A DNA stretch of 64,000 bases from Candidatus Omnitrophota bacterium (GTDB lineage Bacteria; Omnitrophota; Omnitrophia; Omnitrophales; JACROU01): positions 4,765-68,764 of the forward strand of contig JAJDCD010000004.1 in NCBI GenBank assembly GCA_029261035.1, read 5' to 3'. The position numbers were made by a program, and so were the translations under genes. Each line of letters starts with the position of its first letter. Positions within the stretch are counted from its first letter, which is position 1. This document shows positions 35,601 to 44,100 of the stretch, piece by piece. The notes under the pieces were generated by a model. The model had not been told where the DNA came from. It ran no database searches and was given only the letters and a program-made list of their open reading frames with translations.

Positions 35601-37777
35601 TCTAAAACGGTATGTAATGCTTCTCCAATAACAAGAGCATCTTGTTTTTCTAATATGGAATTAGCCCCTAAACTAGAAGCTAAAGAAACTCCTAATTCCA
35701 AAGTTTGACGTGATTCCAGCCGGATTTGCACTTCGGAAGTTTTAGGATCAACCCAAGCGTTAAAGATGTAGAGCTCCCTATTAGCAACAATTGAAAAACG
35801 TCCTTGAACACCCTTCTCTGAAGCTTCAATAGATAGAAAATTGAGGTCAGATATGCTTTGAGGCAATAGTCCCTTTCCTCTTAAAGCAAGAACGCTCGCA
35901 TTCAATTGACTCAATACACTCACTGCTTCTCTGCGGGATACCGATGAAATAAATTGAGGAAAAGAGCGAATCATCGCTCCCAGAACTGCTTCCCCTTGAA
36001 AATTCGGTTTATCAACATCCAAATACGAAGGAGACAAAATACGAGCAACGTCAATGAACTGCATTGCAGGCACTGAAACCGTATTTAAAATATTAGAGGA
36101 AGTACTTGAAACATCTTCTAATTGAAGAAGACGATCTAAAAATGGCGTATTCCCTAAAATTAAATTGAGATAACGATCTCTCGTAAACTTCTGAGTCATT
36201 TGCGGAACAACGACCACATAGCCCATTTGACTCTTTTTCAATTCTTCTTTAATACCTTCCGTATGAAAACCACCCGAAATCAAAACACTTTTCTTAATAT
36301 TGTCTTTCTTCATTTTTGAACTTAAATTAGAAACAAATGCCTTGTCTCTTTCTTTAGCTCCTGAATAAAAAGCCTTCGCCAAGCCAAACACTTTTTCCAC
36401 TTGTTCTAAATCACTTTTATTCTCTATTTCTTTTTTTAAATTTCGTTTAACTTTAAGCGCATTCAATTCAGAGAGCAAGGATTGAGGAGTTAGATTTAAA
36501 CTAGAAAAATTCTCAACGTCGGTTCTTACCGCCTCTAACGAAAGAACTCTTTGCGTTAACTCCGTTTGAAAGAAAAGATCAATCCATTGCCTTTGATCTT
36601 CGTTCGAAACCAAAACATCCATCAATAAACGTTCTACCGTTTCAATTTCATTAAAAAGCTGTGAAGATACCATTTCTTTTTTAGCTATCAAATATTGGGC
36701 AAAACCCATTAATGCTTTTTTGTCAGAAACAGAAAAATTGTTCTTAAGAGCAAAATCAAATAAAAGCTCAAATACAAGGCGAGGGTCTTGATGCAATAAA
36801 GAATCTAGAGAGGGTTGAAATTGATTGTTTTTTTGAAGCGCTTTAAATTCTTTGAGTAAGAGTTGCACTAGGTTCACATTCGAGGCCCTAAACCGATTCA
36901 ACAAAGAAGCTACTTCATCCGATTCTCGTTTAACCTCTTTAAAATCAAGTCGAGCCTCTAATTCTTTAAGAGAAAAAATTCGAACAAAATTTGGATAACT
37001 TTTTTGCTGTTTAGGGTCCGATAGATCTGTTTTTAAAACGTCAAAACTCCATTGCAATAAATCATTCACATACGTGAGTAAATTTATACGTTGATTGTCA
37101 TGTGCTGATTTACGGTCAACAAACTTTTTCAAGTCCCCTACAATAACGCGTCCTTTAACCAAATTGAGATAGCTTTGGACATCTCCTAAAAATTGGTCCG
37201 ATTGGGGTTTTAATTTGAGAACATTTCTAAAATCACGTAAATTTTGGATATACAAATCCCTATCTTCAACACCAAAAGCATTCACTTTCTTCGGCTCAGC
37301 AATAGCCCATGCTTCTGCTCCCGATAGCATCCCTTGCTTTAACAAAGAATCTGCTATTTTTAGATTCCACTCTTGATTGGGATATAAATTTAAAATAGAC
37401 GGATCTATCTTAGAATCCGCAGATTCCAAGCCAACATGTCCGATGTCATGTTTATCTAAAAAGTACTTAAGGAGAGATTTAATATTTTGCTGTGCTTCTA
37501 AATGTGCGTGTGCATCTTGGATATAAATAACTAGAGGGGTATCTTTATCTGCATTCAATGGCAAATAAACATCCTCTACCTTCCCTAACTTCTCTGAAAT
37601 ATTCAGATGATCTAAAGGAAAAGAACGCAAAGACTCCTCTTTAGGCTGAAATAATTCAAGACTTTCTAACGGGGCTGACCAAGCCAAAGTTGTAGTCGTA
37701 AAAAGAACAACAACGCACAGAGCCATTCCTCTCATAAAATTTTGCACAGCATTATTAAATAATGTCATTGGACACAT
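23642..37777 (-). CDS. Giant (4711 aa) exported modular protein: TIKI/ChaN-like N-domain, PGI-like, PEP synthase-like and unknown cassettes, conserved C-domain
   Basis: Signal peptide (..ALCVVVLFTTTTLAWSA); IQDAH..AQQNI/E/RD/GGFH; PGI motifs GIGG, SKSGSTDET, VGGRW, QPFVELGK; PpsA motifs GGK, RSSAVGED..ASFAGMQDT, QARPETV, GGQNSH, GVGLKRLE, GGNDALQ, YCGNDPS. AAGGAG suggests the true start is 37768. Confidence 0.85.
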   Translation of the reverse strand: MCPMTLFNNAVQNFMRGMALCVVVLFTTTTLAWSAPLESLELFQPKEESLRSFPLDHLNISEKLGKVEDVYLPLNADKDTPLVIYIQDAHAHLEAQQNIKSLLKYFLDKHDIGHVGLESADSKIDPSILNLYPNQEWNLKIADSLLKQGMLSGAEAWAIAEPKKVNAFGVEDRDLYIQNLRDFRNVLKLKPQSDQFLGDVQSYLNLVKGRVIVGDLKKFVDRKSAHDNQRINLLTYVNDLLQWSFDVLKTDLSDPKQQKSYPNFVRIFSLKELEARLDFKEVKRESDEVASLLNRFRASNVNLVQLLLKEFKALQKNNQFQPSLDSLLHQDPRLVFELLFDFALKNNFSVSDKKALMGFAQYLIAKKEMVSSQLFNEIETVERLLMDVLVSNEDQRQWIDLFFQTELTQRVLSLEAVRTDVENFSSLNLTPQSLLSELNALKVKRNLKKEIENKSDLEQVEKVFGLAKAFYSGAKERDKAFVSNLSSKMKKDNIKKSVLISGGFHTEGIKEELKKSQMGYVVVVPQMTQKFTRDRYLNLILGNTPFLDRLLQLEDVSSTSSNILNTVSVPAMQFIDVARILSPSYLDVDKPNFQGEAVLGAMIRSFPQFISSVSRREAVSVLSQLNASVLALRGKGLLPQSISDLNFLSIEASEKGVQGRFSIVANRELYIFNAWVDPKTSEVQIRLESRQTLELGVSLASSLGANSILEKQDALVIGEALHTVLDAGGDSGLKKRFTQGGYEQEGYGVPEGAVNDGSHAMGDEGNEGYYVNGGKEIFLGVVKMMREFFANRNKKLSAVDPDKKIRLIIKTGIGGQHTPFEGIATMFGQLKDPSEKESIIVGEYELGKNFEVSIESQLAQLGADWEEVALIPSSKSGSTDETMMVFESIFKVLLKKVAEKKALDGVSFSNLVFNTLNEINVNKEGVEQKKLFTINKDWFLTSSFVELLALKAKDKGLEISQENIKDVLGTVLGNMFFETVDTPEKSRLSAFIRNSGLKEELGENAPGFGAMFNNVGGRWTADLHMMTFLSYYDLDSKRYWEVRKAGIEKVRGGTHIGNRLAHHVLDGGYKDIALVVPDEAFWFGKAIEQNFNESIWQAGFANLVAVRQSDWGAQKKNYFQDDKRLVVTLGNFEVSSADYNVFQIPSEPFENHSLLQAVNQSSLVPERKLRLIRQYTAEKLGEWFTTFYGMTYTAGTRLIARDIRSQGLDPNFVDVSDLDNPITRILQENLYLRQPFVELGKGILKTELEALQEEERGNPGAVKRRYDEVSKKAVIRELLGGVPGYERRVQRIFDDTALSLLLSQAKIFTEKDGRKIIPFIYLEGDRFYSLRDALINMGMEWVMQGTGDQHISYQQVLSQPQKYFPIIISFVPKQPLEANPAIGFAKSYLHGLPSHLVRDAFAEASYKALAELRKDQGGAGLFIRLDDSRANINLLLEGFGEIFSRNKQIEEAGKQEKKALFIPYLDLSIPDDTDSYLVRRRGSSAIQTLQNLKGRLVEKPVLSEVITQLAYMSGPYTVNNHNIADSDKIKGYLEALRTVVIEKKEALKSEIESLPLFDPSALKSVLGKGGLFLIHPKTNGEGDLQLVYVSQNGSASIYADVLNRASAQYEWKGGAQGTLDRFQQQGYRVLISTEDQTVLSLAFDIKDNPEKYKTEASSLGILELTGGLTGITGLSAFNKRLKNKPILLEVVLRLALIYLENKVEKFGDTNNGLTDQVALILKYLSGKEKEFKSEIKKLPVYEEAGIAKEDYPIALLSPKEPMEVDGAVAYSGAVGGVPLFRIGEKVEMDALPSLETNRLLFTSTEWAEIKGYIEIFTEEPGERQSLLAALEGEDASSEASSLGVIENPKTVQYLAERFYLTDKNLFSEPLKESDFEELASRGLDEKDLINQLIQIQAEKRKAEISLSSIPGAPESLVERLKDSPYLEKLVRILAAAYDGTQAVTSARIRDPQADRLLQAQTFLEAKSSKVINELVALDMYDPVRHGIGYITLMTPQLLRDNHFVEVDIKNVQYLDVKASLEDQKRRIKNHKFSFSRWFRPKDGFIPNEAFNIYQWIERKQYRFLFNQEEITEFAKAYAAHRAQQAIDAKKQVGSSLGEKEEVINKVREGLASLEKGEVPVIIGDVSLLVNMLHGKLKDIFPAPGGGVIGTNTSIGTGIYIESIILTLEKEAGDVVLKFEFTKQADKRTREIKLYWNGQNYERRASSLGEKVTDLETIRALADEYDLITENPFSAHASDGDLAWWATQALTEDELIKEFQFRLTIRTLAAETGYRVVGQSGVMTTGDLSWWAEQLRDGHKTEEEIAKEFRYKAAMVISEPSKDMQVLSFEDIREGRVAFDKHQKLIPLAVNFFRLYGGSKEEYKDIRKYGDVLEGVTVAVGKTEDMYYDFDFETKTLLLNQQFVDFLLETGRKKIAMSWLAMIAGHIEQGEELGAGERKVLGILLIGGQQSLTRQHSTRLRDTKEIFDIKENVKLNDTKEVSDRYFLNQNDILLIISDFMHRGRILDAPRLYQMLRNEYGFYATRDFNVEELEVLLDAFHNQHEDKIDRREVITKEDVEDLRKKLADTTEVSLQDIEDKTTTTARYSFKTEYVADPAFKDRIIVWDVEVERQDEVNFGGKTAHTGELMYTPRAVTLANFATGSQGFKQLLEHNTTDVISDSLIQNITQLQNLLKKYKKFTRLSVEQFLDKVENGDEEAIILREELQALRVTFRKLDDKKKKQPLSKMIQEVIGVLSEVILDIQDYYPAKGHKIDGITDYFAFLGKSLDQRVVEIKEKIKSNETEVSIVKSRISELKKDIEILNYINHRPELFLEDVQTVVPLAIDLLRAYRDDNTLYENIRDFFKNRTDKQLFQIKWGETEDELVDHDEATNTFVFNQAFIESVILVNSIKIVGNNLKIARKQSEIEASQKTIQRLEEEAKEYSEQRHDLTQRNSNKFLYTARNLVVPPKVEEEIKKNLMILAERLKISLDKLVLAIRSSAVGEDSEEASFAGMQDTSIFVTATSPEWVQKVNANGVVRMDETGVDNFITEWVFNQASLFNNRAIDYRFLEGLPTFDDSVEISTLFQRMFLSKLSFVAMTADKQTGYPSISSNIHEGQGEKIVSGDESGSKFILSLDGQAVIIRQKGERRYKIVETEDRMGKVELPLTEEEKREFSVTDQRLLGQYAELLSEIDRFYGQGYVDLEGAFRPKEESKGTSIKLVGEDGEILKDERGFDRYDWNVVSTQARPETVISLQDPDVIKLKRVVVTDQAFKKAELEGNVLDFTFIAKTGGTAQGEVAWVLDKTDPAELAKAKGKILATFQSDPDMNRAMLEAKGVIAILGGQNSHTMIVASEYGLVAVTGTSDQLMTVLKEGMQITVDAERGKILLGYDHKVKIAGNDFSVRDIPNTPYGSTRSASIVASPEKSLASYATRNIPSYEGVGLKRLEIDLANIGIYTDALLAYDNMVAQEKGELEEGVASKYILNRKENVKLIQFIEEQIAGYNSGQHFYQSIITQGILATAEPLNPDFVEVAYRYQQIQDKQLRLAVKDIVEQMYEVGLGHSSDPLLTSLKILKEAQDDPNVRVLIEEIIGLLDKHLKIRLDDRKSDEYKAVKGSELFVKEELNAMKGYRGLELLLDSPTMEWQLEAMIRVAMLKRHKIGIFAPIVRRPSDLKQMIERFLKVGENLGISNVELANLVQIGMMTEIPTNAININDFLAVVQSFRDAGIPIRFFTSTGGNDALQTIYRIDRNTGDPSLKNNATAYGPAVIRWNAMVTGQAKIFNESAIKEAKAALKEGDRDKAYLILSSIVKCGYCGNDPSVPGQEEYGKGLAALGYSSVSVVIEAFEKVAKNLAAENISDLGGASTQEKYALFEDAAGFTFNIDSEAQPTVDASLRMDIGDILLNDMKVHPWLLRDLSQDKLNVEKSRETLDEELDTLVIEIDSLDRRINVLREELSTLIKRKEAVSRSESVDQIEEQINEEKRTLAEMTVKKQALVVKRDDAMDDVEKLVLTASAGGVLTSLGLSLEEGMLHYKNVMRSALHKAFTDARSRNLSLVIGTDDAPTSTEVGEDEEGNTLKTGGMRGLIGGLRYEPFEANPDFGVKGIVKSLNRDLEFFKIQLSIIKQLSEEFSDVEFSIALKLVRIYSDIDKVIELLDEAGLSDVKLGLDIQSISNLMELSEILQTERRISFLSIQDVAEVTSEMMTQEVENVNGRIISDEDIQYQTERPIRIAATAAAKKGIPFVIPAEELAKTKFVEASSLGVVSVEKVNLFDTDLYSYGLSYYEDGLFPDFFKLFGSDVNGAAKEQGLHFFVGYSSDGKGKDIVSSVFLIAPTSNKLGLRIVDTLSRGAFKPLMGENFEPSVVMGDKLISFNLPKTMSRSELIEFIEKVARTPWYLLEGTKPVDEKDESVISAESLGVEESILSILNNKLGAVVEYPYGLTLEGVVEATTHAAGKLIRPELSDKQFEYMYKQIFGLENEVIKALRGLEGYLGDNKDSLFASLFGTSQPQLGVTVRQASVTSPQEVVTSLLSNEGNIAVVVLDSPEANVEAFGDALNQLKFSDKDKQALGQRLVLVHVVDDSVKSTIKLITQNSEFKDVSGKSLKLSRLVDALKSSIDLEVSSQNIGKHLVVLAEKSNLEDAAFLNGTQLISVDRSRLSDSQWTTYQLFAGSVAAKLAVAGGYDKLAADIKIALKRGAANNVFTFNDQFVQLMQSLWTEFQGYIRTAQAA

Positions 37778-38030
37778 TCTCCTTTAAAGAATAGTTTGAA
37801 TTTTCTTCGGACACACGAATACTAACAAGATGATTATTTGGAAATAAATAGAAATTGAGATTTAAAAAAAACTCAGAAATTAGATTTAAGAATAGAAATC
37901 GAAACAAGCTTTCAATTCTCCCCTATCACATAGCCTTTATGAAAAAGCTGTATTTTAAGTCATCCCTGAAAAGCAACTGTCACATCCTAATGACAGGAAA
38001 GACTAAAAGCAGTTAACTTTTAGCTAGTAC

Positions 38031-38098
38031 TGTCATCCCCGCGAAAGCGGGGATCCATAAAGCACATAAACTAGATTCCCGTCTACACGGGAATGACA
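38031..38098. repeat. GTCATYCCCGCG...GCGGGRATCC palindromic element
   Basis: tgtcatccccgcgaaagcggggatcca ... tagattcccgtctacacgggaatgaca right after the 2566-aa gene stop. Confidence 0.85.
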
Positions 38099-38106
38099 AA
38101 TTTGTA

Positions 38107-41100
38107 TTATGCAGATTCGCGAATACGTTGATATCCTTGAAATTCGTTCCAAAGCCCTGACATCAACTGCATGAACTGATCACTAAATGTAAATACGTTG
38201 TTACCACGAACTTTCTTCAAAGCTCCTCTAACATCGGTTGGCAACTTATCAAAACCACCCACAACAGCTAGTTTCCCAGCTAATGCCCCTGCAAATAGTT
38301 TATAAGAATCCCATTGCACATCACTTAAAGCTTTACGCTCTACAGAAATAAGTTGTTTTCCTTTTAAACGATCGGCATCCGGAAGCAACTCTTTCTCTGC
38401 CAAGACAACTAAGTGTTGATTCAACCCCTTACTTGGAGCGCTCACATTCAAAGTTTGAGATAAATTATTTACCAGTTTTGTCAGCGTTACCTTGCGCCCT
38501 AAAATGTCTGTGAACTTCGAGGTTAAAATACTTTCTATCGCATCTTGAATACCTTCAACACTAAACTCTCTAGGTTCCACAAAAACAATTCTATCTGAAA
38601 TGGATTGTTTCTCTTCTTCAGGCAAGTCTAAAGCAGCAACTTCTGATGTGAAACGAGAAAGGTCTTGATTTAATTGGTCTAAAACCAACACCGTCAAACT
38701 ACCTTCATTTGCAAGAGCCCCCGTCACAACTTCTGAAGCAGAAGTAATCGATGATTGTCTTACAGTCACACCTAACTGTGGTTTAGAGGTTGCAAATAAT
38801 GAAGACAACAAACCTGCAGGATTATCCTTAAGATAACGAATTAAAACATCTGTGGAATCAACATCATTCTCAGACACTCGATTCAACTCTGCAAGTAACG
38901 CATCCGCACTGTCTTCTGCATATACAGAAGAAGCAAAAGCATTCCCTGCGGCAATCATCTGTTCTGGCGTTAAAAAGTAATCACCTGGTAAATTAGAAAC
39001 ATCCCCAGATGCCAAAGCATCCAGAATAGACTGTTCTCCCAAAAGAATTTGTTGAACACGGTTTATTTTCGCACCACCCAAAGAATTCGCTTCAACACCA
39101 GCCTCAGACTGTGGTGCTGCAATAGGAGTCCAGCTATAACCTTCTCGAGAATCTACTTTAACATTGAAGTACTCGACCCAACGATGCAATTCTGTTTGTG
39201 AAGTACGAACAATACGAACCAAAGGAACAACAAACTCTCGATTATTAATTTCTCTAATTCCTGGTAAATTCAAAGCAGGGTTCGCTGTAACTGGAACAAG
39301 TGTCGCTTCAAAGTTTCCATTAAAATTATGAATAGTATCAAATATCTTTTTAGGTGTTGATGGACTTTTTGACCTTTTGGGTAAAATTTCACCCGCTAAC
39401 TCTCTCTGAAAAGAACCTATCTTACTCGATTCTTGTCTGGAAAAGTTATAAGCAAATTGAGGTTCTATACTTTGAGCATTCTCCAAACCTGCTCGAGACA
39501 TCACCCTAAAAGAACCATAAGAACTTTCACGGCCTGCAAGCGTCATAGCCGTTAAAATTTCAGCAATACCTGATGTACTTAGAAAAATATGAATTCGATC
39601 ATCCGAATTCCCCCAGACGGCTTCTAATGCTGGTTCTAATGTTCCATGCTGTATTTTATCAATTTCAATACCGGATTCCTGTTTAAACTCTTCCAACGCA
39701 TTAATACGTGCGGTTTCATGCTGACGATCACCAACCGAATCAAGGACATGTACTGTAACATTTGAAAGTTGTCCTGGTTGATTGGAGGTTGGGTTATAAA
39801 CAACCCCATTCACACCCGCCCAAAACTTAATTGTTTCTATAGGATCTGCATCTGGATCAATAGGATTCTCCGCCAACTGCTCTAGAATTCTTTGTTTCAT
39901 CTCAGAACTAACACCCTTCTTAAAACTTCCAAAAAAAGCATTTCCATATAACATTGGGAAAGCTCTAGGAGCATTAACTGAATCTTCAGGCTCATCAAAA
40001 ACAATAAATGAAGATATAGCACCAGGCTCATCAACCTCTCCAGATCTAAGCAAAGCACGTTTCTTATCTAAAGGGTTTACAATAATTCTGGCAATATCGT
40101 CTTTACCACTTCCAATCATATGACCAGGGTCCAACTTAGACTGATCTTTTACAGATCCACCCGTTGCAATAGGAAGCACCGAAAGGTCTCTAGACCCCAA
40201 TAAGCCTTTTATTTGATCTGTTGTTGTAGAATCTAAAAGACCTGTTAGCAAATGATCATCCAAAGGTTTCTGTAACGAAACACCTCTAAACCTTTGAACC
40301 ACCGGAACCATAGATGCAGCTGCTACTAAATCTCTAGATAATGAAGCTTTTGATAAAACTTCTGTAGGTATTTCGTTTTGAGAAACTAAATTATCTGCAT
40401 TCAGAACAGAAACCAACTCCTGTGGTGTTGCAGGAATTCCCTTACCATTCACAACAGGTCCTGCAATATACCCATTAATTAAATGCGCCATAACGGTAAG
40501 TTCGTTACGAATTGTATTCATATACTCTGGAGCAGCTCTTCTTTTGACCAAACTATTTCTTACAGTCTCTCCAAAAACAAACCCAACATTATCTTTCATA
40601 GCACCATTAAGATAATCTCTAGCTTCATCATCACTTTTTGCCTGCTCTCTCATAAGGTCAAGCATAGCACGAGTCATATCGGGTAAATCAGAAACACCTT
40701 GCGTCGCTTCTTTATTATAATGTTTAGCTGCAACCAAAGCTTCTGGGTACGATAAGCCCATTACTTCTTGAAAAATACCCATAAGAATCAATTGATAATA
40801 CGCATGATGATCATCCGTTGTCACTACCTTTTCTACAAAACTAAAAGGTATATTAATATTTAAAAACCCTTCATCTGCAATGTATTGAGGCAACATAAAG
40901 TATTGATGGCCCTCTGTTGAAGTAAAAGACATAACATCCTTAATACCCGTAACCTGCAAACTTTTAAAAGACCTTCCTTTATGGTACAGACTTGGGAAAC
41001 CTTGTTTTAAATCTCGTGCTCTTTGTAGAACAGGCACTAAAAATTCATCAACCATTCTTTTTAAATATTTTTTTTGCTCAGATGTAAAAAAAGCAGGTGG

Positions 41101-44100
41101 CTGTTTCTTTAACAAATTAATGAGCGGAATATAAGTCACATTAGGGCTTGCTATAATCGTTTCCTTCCCTACGACTTGATCCTTAATAATTGCTTCAGCA
41201 TCTCCATTATAAGTATGCAAATAAGGCTGACCTGGTAACTTAACCGCACTAACAACCGAAGGACCATAATCCGTATCATCTTCAATAAGTCCACGACTTA
41301 AAAGTGCTGCATACTTCTCAACATCAATCACACGATGGGTATAACCCATTTCGTTGTCATACCATTCTTTAATCTGAATCACAACATAGTCTTTGTCTGG
41401 AGAAACAGTAACAGATGTTCCTGATGGATCAAAGATTGAAGATTCGGATCTATTATGAAGCTGACTCGTATTCTGTATTTCGTCATATCCAAAAATACCT
41501 CTTAAGGCATCCGAATTGGCCCACGAGTAAGCTTGAGCATTTACTTGTTCAACCGTAGGGACATCATTTATATTATTAATACCTATTCTCAAACTGGTCC
41601 AAACTGCAGAACCATCTGGATTAGCTAATCTTCGAGAAGCACCTTCAAACTTCCCTTTAAATAAAGGGTCCGCTTTAACATAAGCCTTGCTCGCCCCTGT
41701 TGTAGAAATAGCCCCTAACATTGTAGGGTCATTAACAAGAGATGGACCTTTTTTAGGAACTCTTGACGCTGAACCTAAGCTCGATTGCGACAATGTATAG
41801 CCATGTTCTGTAATGAAAACAGCATCAAACATTGAAGGAAAACCCTCATCCAACAAATATCCATTCAAGCGGCTCAACCCAGGACCAACACCATTGGTTG
41901 TACAAGAAGCACAAGAAATAGTTTCCACCACCAGAGGAACTTCTTCAGGTATAGCACCATATGCACTTGTTGGAATAATTCGTTGATATTCTTCTTTTGC
42001 CATGTGAGCTCTCTCAATTTCTTCTCGAATATCTTCAACATGATTAATTCCAAACACAATGTTCTTAATACCATCTTTCTTAGCTGGATATGTTTTTATT
42101 ATTCTTTGAACACCTGCAATAGCTAATGAATGATGTAACGGTCTATTAAAACCATCATCTTCTCCAACAGCATCAAATAATACTTCGATGTTAATAGCCT
42201 CCTCATTAGGCCCTTTAAGACCTCTCAACATGGTTACCATATCTCTAATAAATTTAGCAGCAGCATCTTCTTTATTACCCGACCTAGCTAGACGAATATT
42301 AAATATAGGTATTTTATAAACAACTTCGTCTGTTTGCTTATCTTTAAGAACCAAAAAGTCTTTTCCTGGCCCTTCTTTTACAGCTTCAGCAACCCAAGGA
42401 TATGCCTTGTGAACAATGTCCGCTTGCATCTGTTGTACCAACGCAATAACATCAGAAACTCCATTTAGAAAAGCCGGGTAATAGTTAGGGTCTTTATAAA
42501 GCAATCTCAAGATACCTTTTCCTATACGGCCTCTACCCCCCGTTATCCCATAATAAATACGTTCCCCTTCAGGAAGTTGTGCTGGCATATATTTAGTATC
42601 ACTAGAATCTACAACTGGAATCGAATTAGAAGGCACATTATCCTGAGAAGTTGTTTCGATAGGATAATTTGATCGATCATTTACAAGCATATTCATAAAT
42701 GTTTGAACACGACCCAGCTCGTTACTCCAAACAGGTATCAATACCTGCCCCTCTCCTCCAACAATCATATCCTCTATCCCAATAATAGCTAATTCTCTAT
42801 GATCCGATAACATTAAGGACTCTAAAGGCTCTCCTTCTTTTTGTAAACGCACGAAGTTTTCACTACCCGTTCTTTTTAAACCTGCTTGCAATGCAGCAAT
42901 AATTTTTTTCTTTCTCTCTTCAGGGTTTAATTTTAATAATTCAGAATCTGCTTTAAGCTGAATGGTAAAGTCAACAATCGAAGCTCCTTTAAATGGAGCT
43001 GCAAAGTTCATAGAATTCAAGGAAGCTTGGACCAACTCTCCATCATTTGTTTTGTTATATCCAGCCCATTCAGGAAATTCTAGACTTAACGCTGTTCCCA
43101 TACCCGCTCTTAAAGTTTGCAGTTCTCTGTCCATTAATTCTGCTGGTGTCTTCACACTCAAACCTGTGTACGCTGAAATATCTTCATTAAGATCAGATCG
43201 TTGTAATAGTGCTAATACATTTCCTGCAACCTGAGTTCCTAAAGAAGGTACAAAATGCACTTCATCTTCACGAAGTAAAACTTCAGAATTTTGTCCATAT
43301 ATAATAGGTCTTTTTGTTTTAAGGTCTGATAATGGATTATAAGAAATAACCGAACTTAATGATGATTTAGAACGCAAATCTTCTAATCGTTTCAATAAAT
43401 TTTCTTCTGATTCACCCGAGTTACGAGAGTCAGACATGTCAATAAGTGTGTCATAACCATCCACATTATCATTATGAGGTAATTCTGGATTTAATTTAAT
43501 TCTCTTATCATTAATAGACAAATAAAACACACCCTCTTCTTCAATTAATAATAGTTTCCCTGGCAACCTTCCAAATACCGTGTTACTCACAACCAAGTTA
43601 AAAAGTGATTGAGGGTTAGCAACACCAAAAATTTCATTCAAAGAAATGTTTGGATCTCCAATAAGAGCCCATAACATCGAAATTAAGTCTCTGTTGTATA
43701 AGGTGTATGGATTCACATTCGTATTTTTTGGAAAATTTGATGCAACAGATCTAAACTCTTCTACTTGAGGTTCAGATAATTGAGTCACTAACTGAATCTG
43801 ACTTAAATCTTGATAATAGTCAGGGGCACCTACGTTAATAGCCAATTGAATAGGTTGATCAAGCACTTGTTCTCTAGCCACAGCGACACCCAAACTATTT
43901 GCTGAAGCAACACCACTATAAAGAACATTCGCTTCTCCCGTAACTGGGGAAGTTTCTAAAATAATAGAAACCAATCTAGACGCCCCATTACCAGAAACTC
44001 TAAACACAGACTCCGAAACTCTTGAAGAATGGCTTCGAGCTGCTTCCAATTCAATACGATCAAAAGCTGCAAGATTAGCATTTAATTTCAAACGGCTATT

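Noticed and set aside
41770-41800. QSSLG in the 2566-aa protein (also PSLG, and TSLG in the 4711-aa protein) as further linkers
   Set aside because: They lie inside GAPDH- or barrel-like domains and lack the preceding A/G, so they were not counted.
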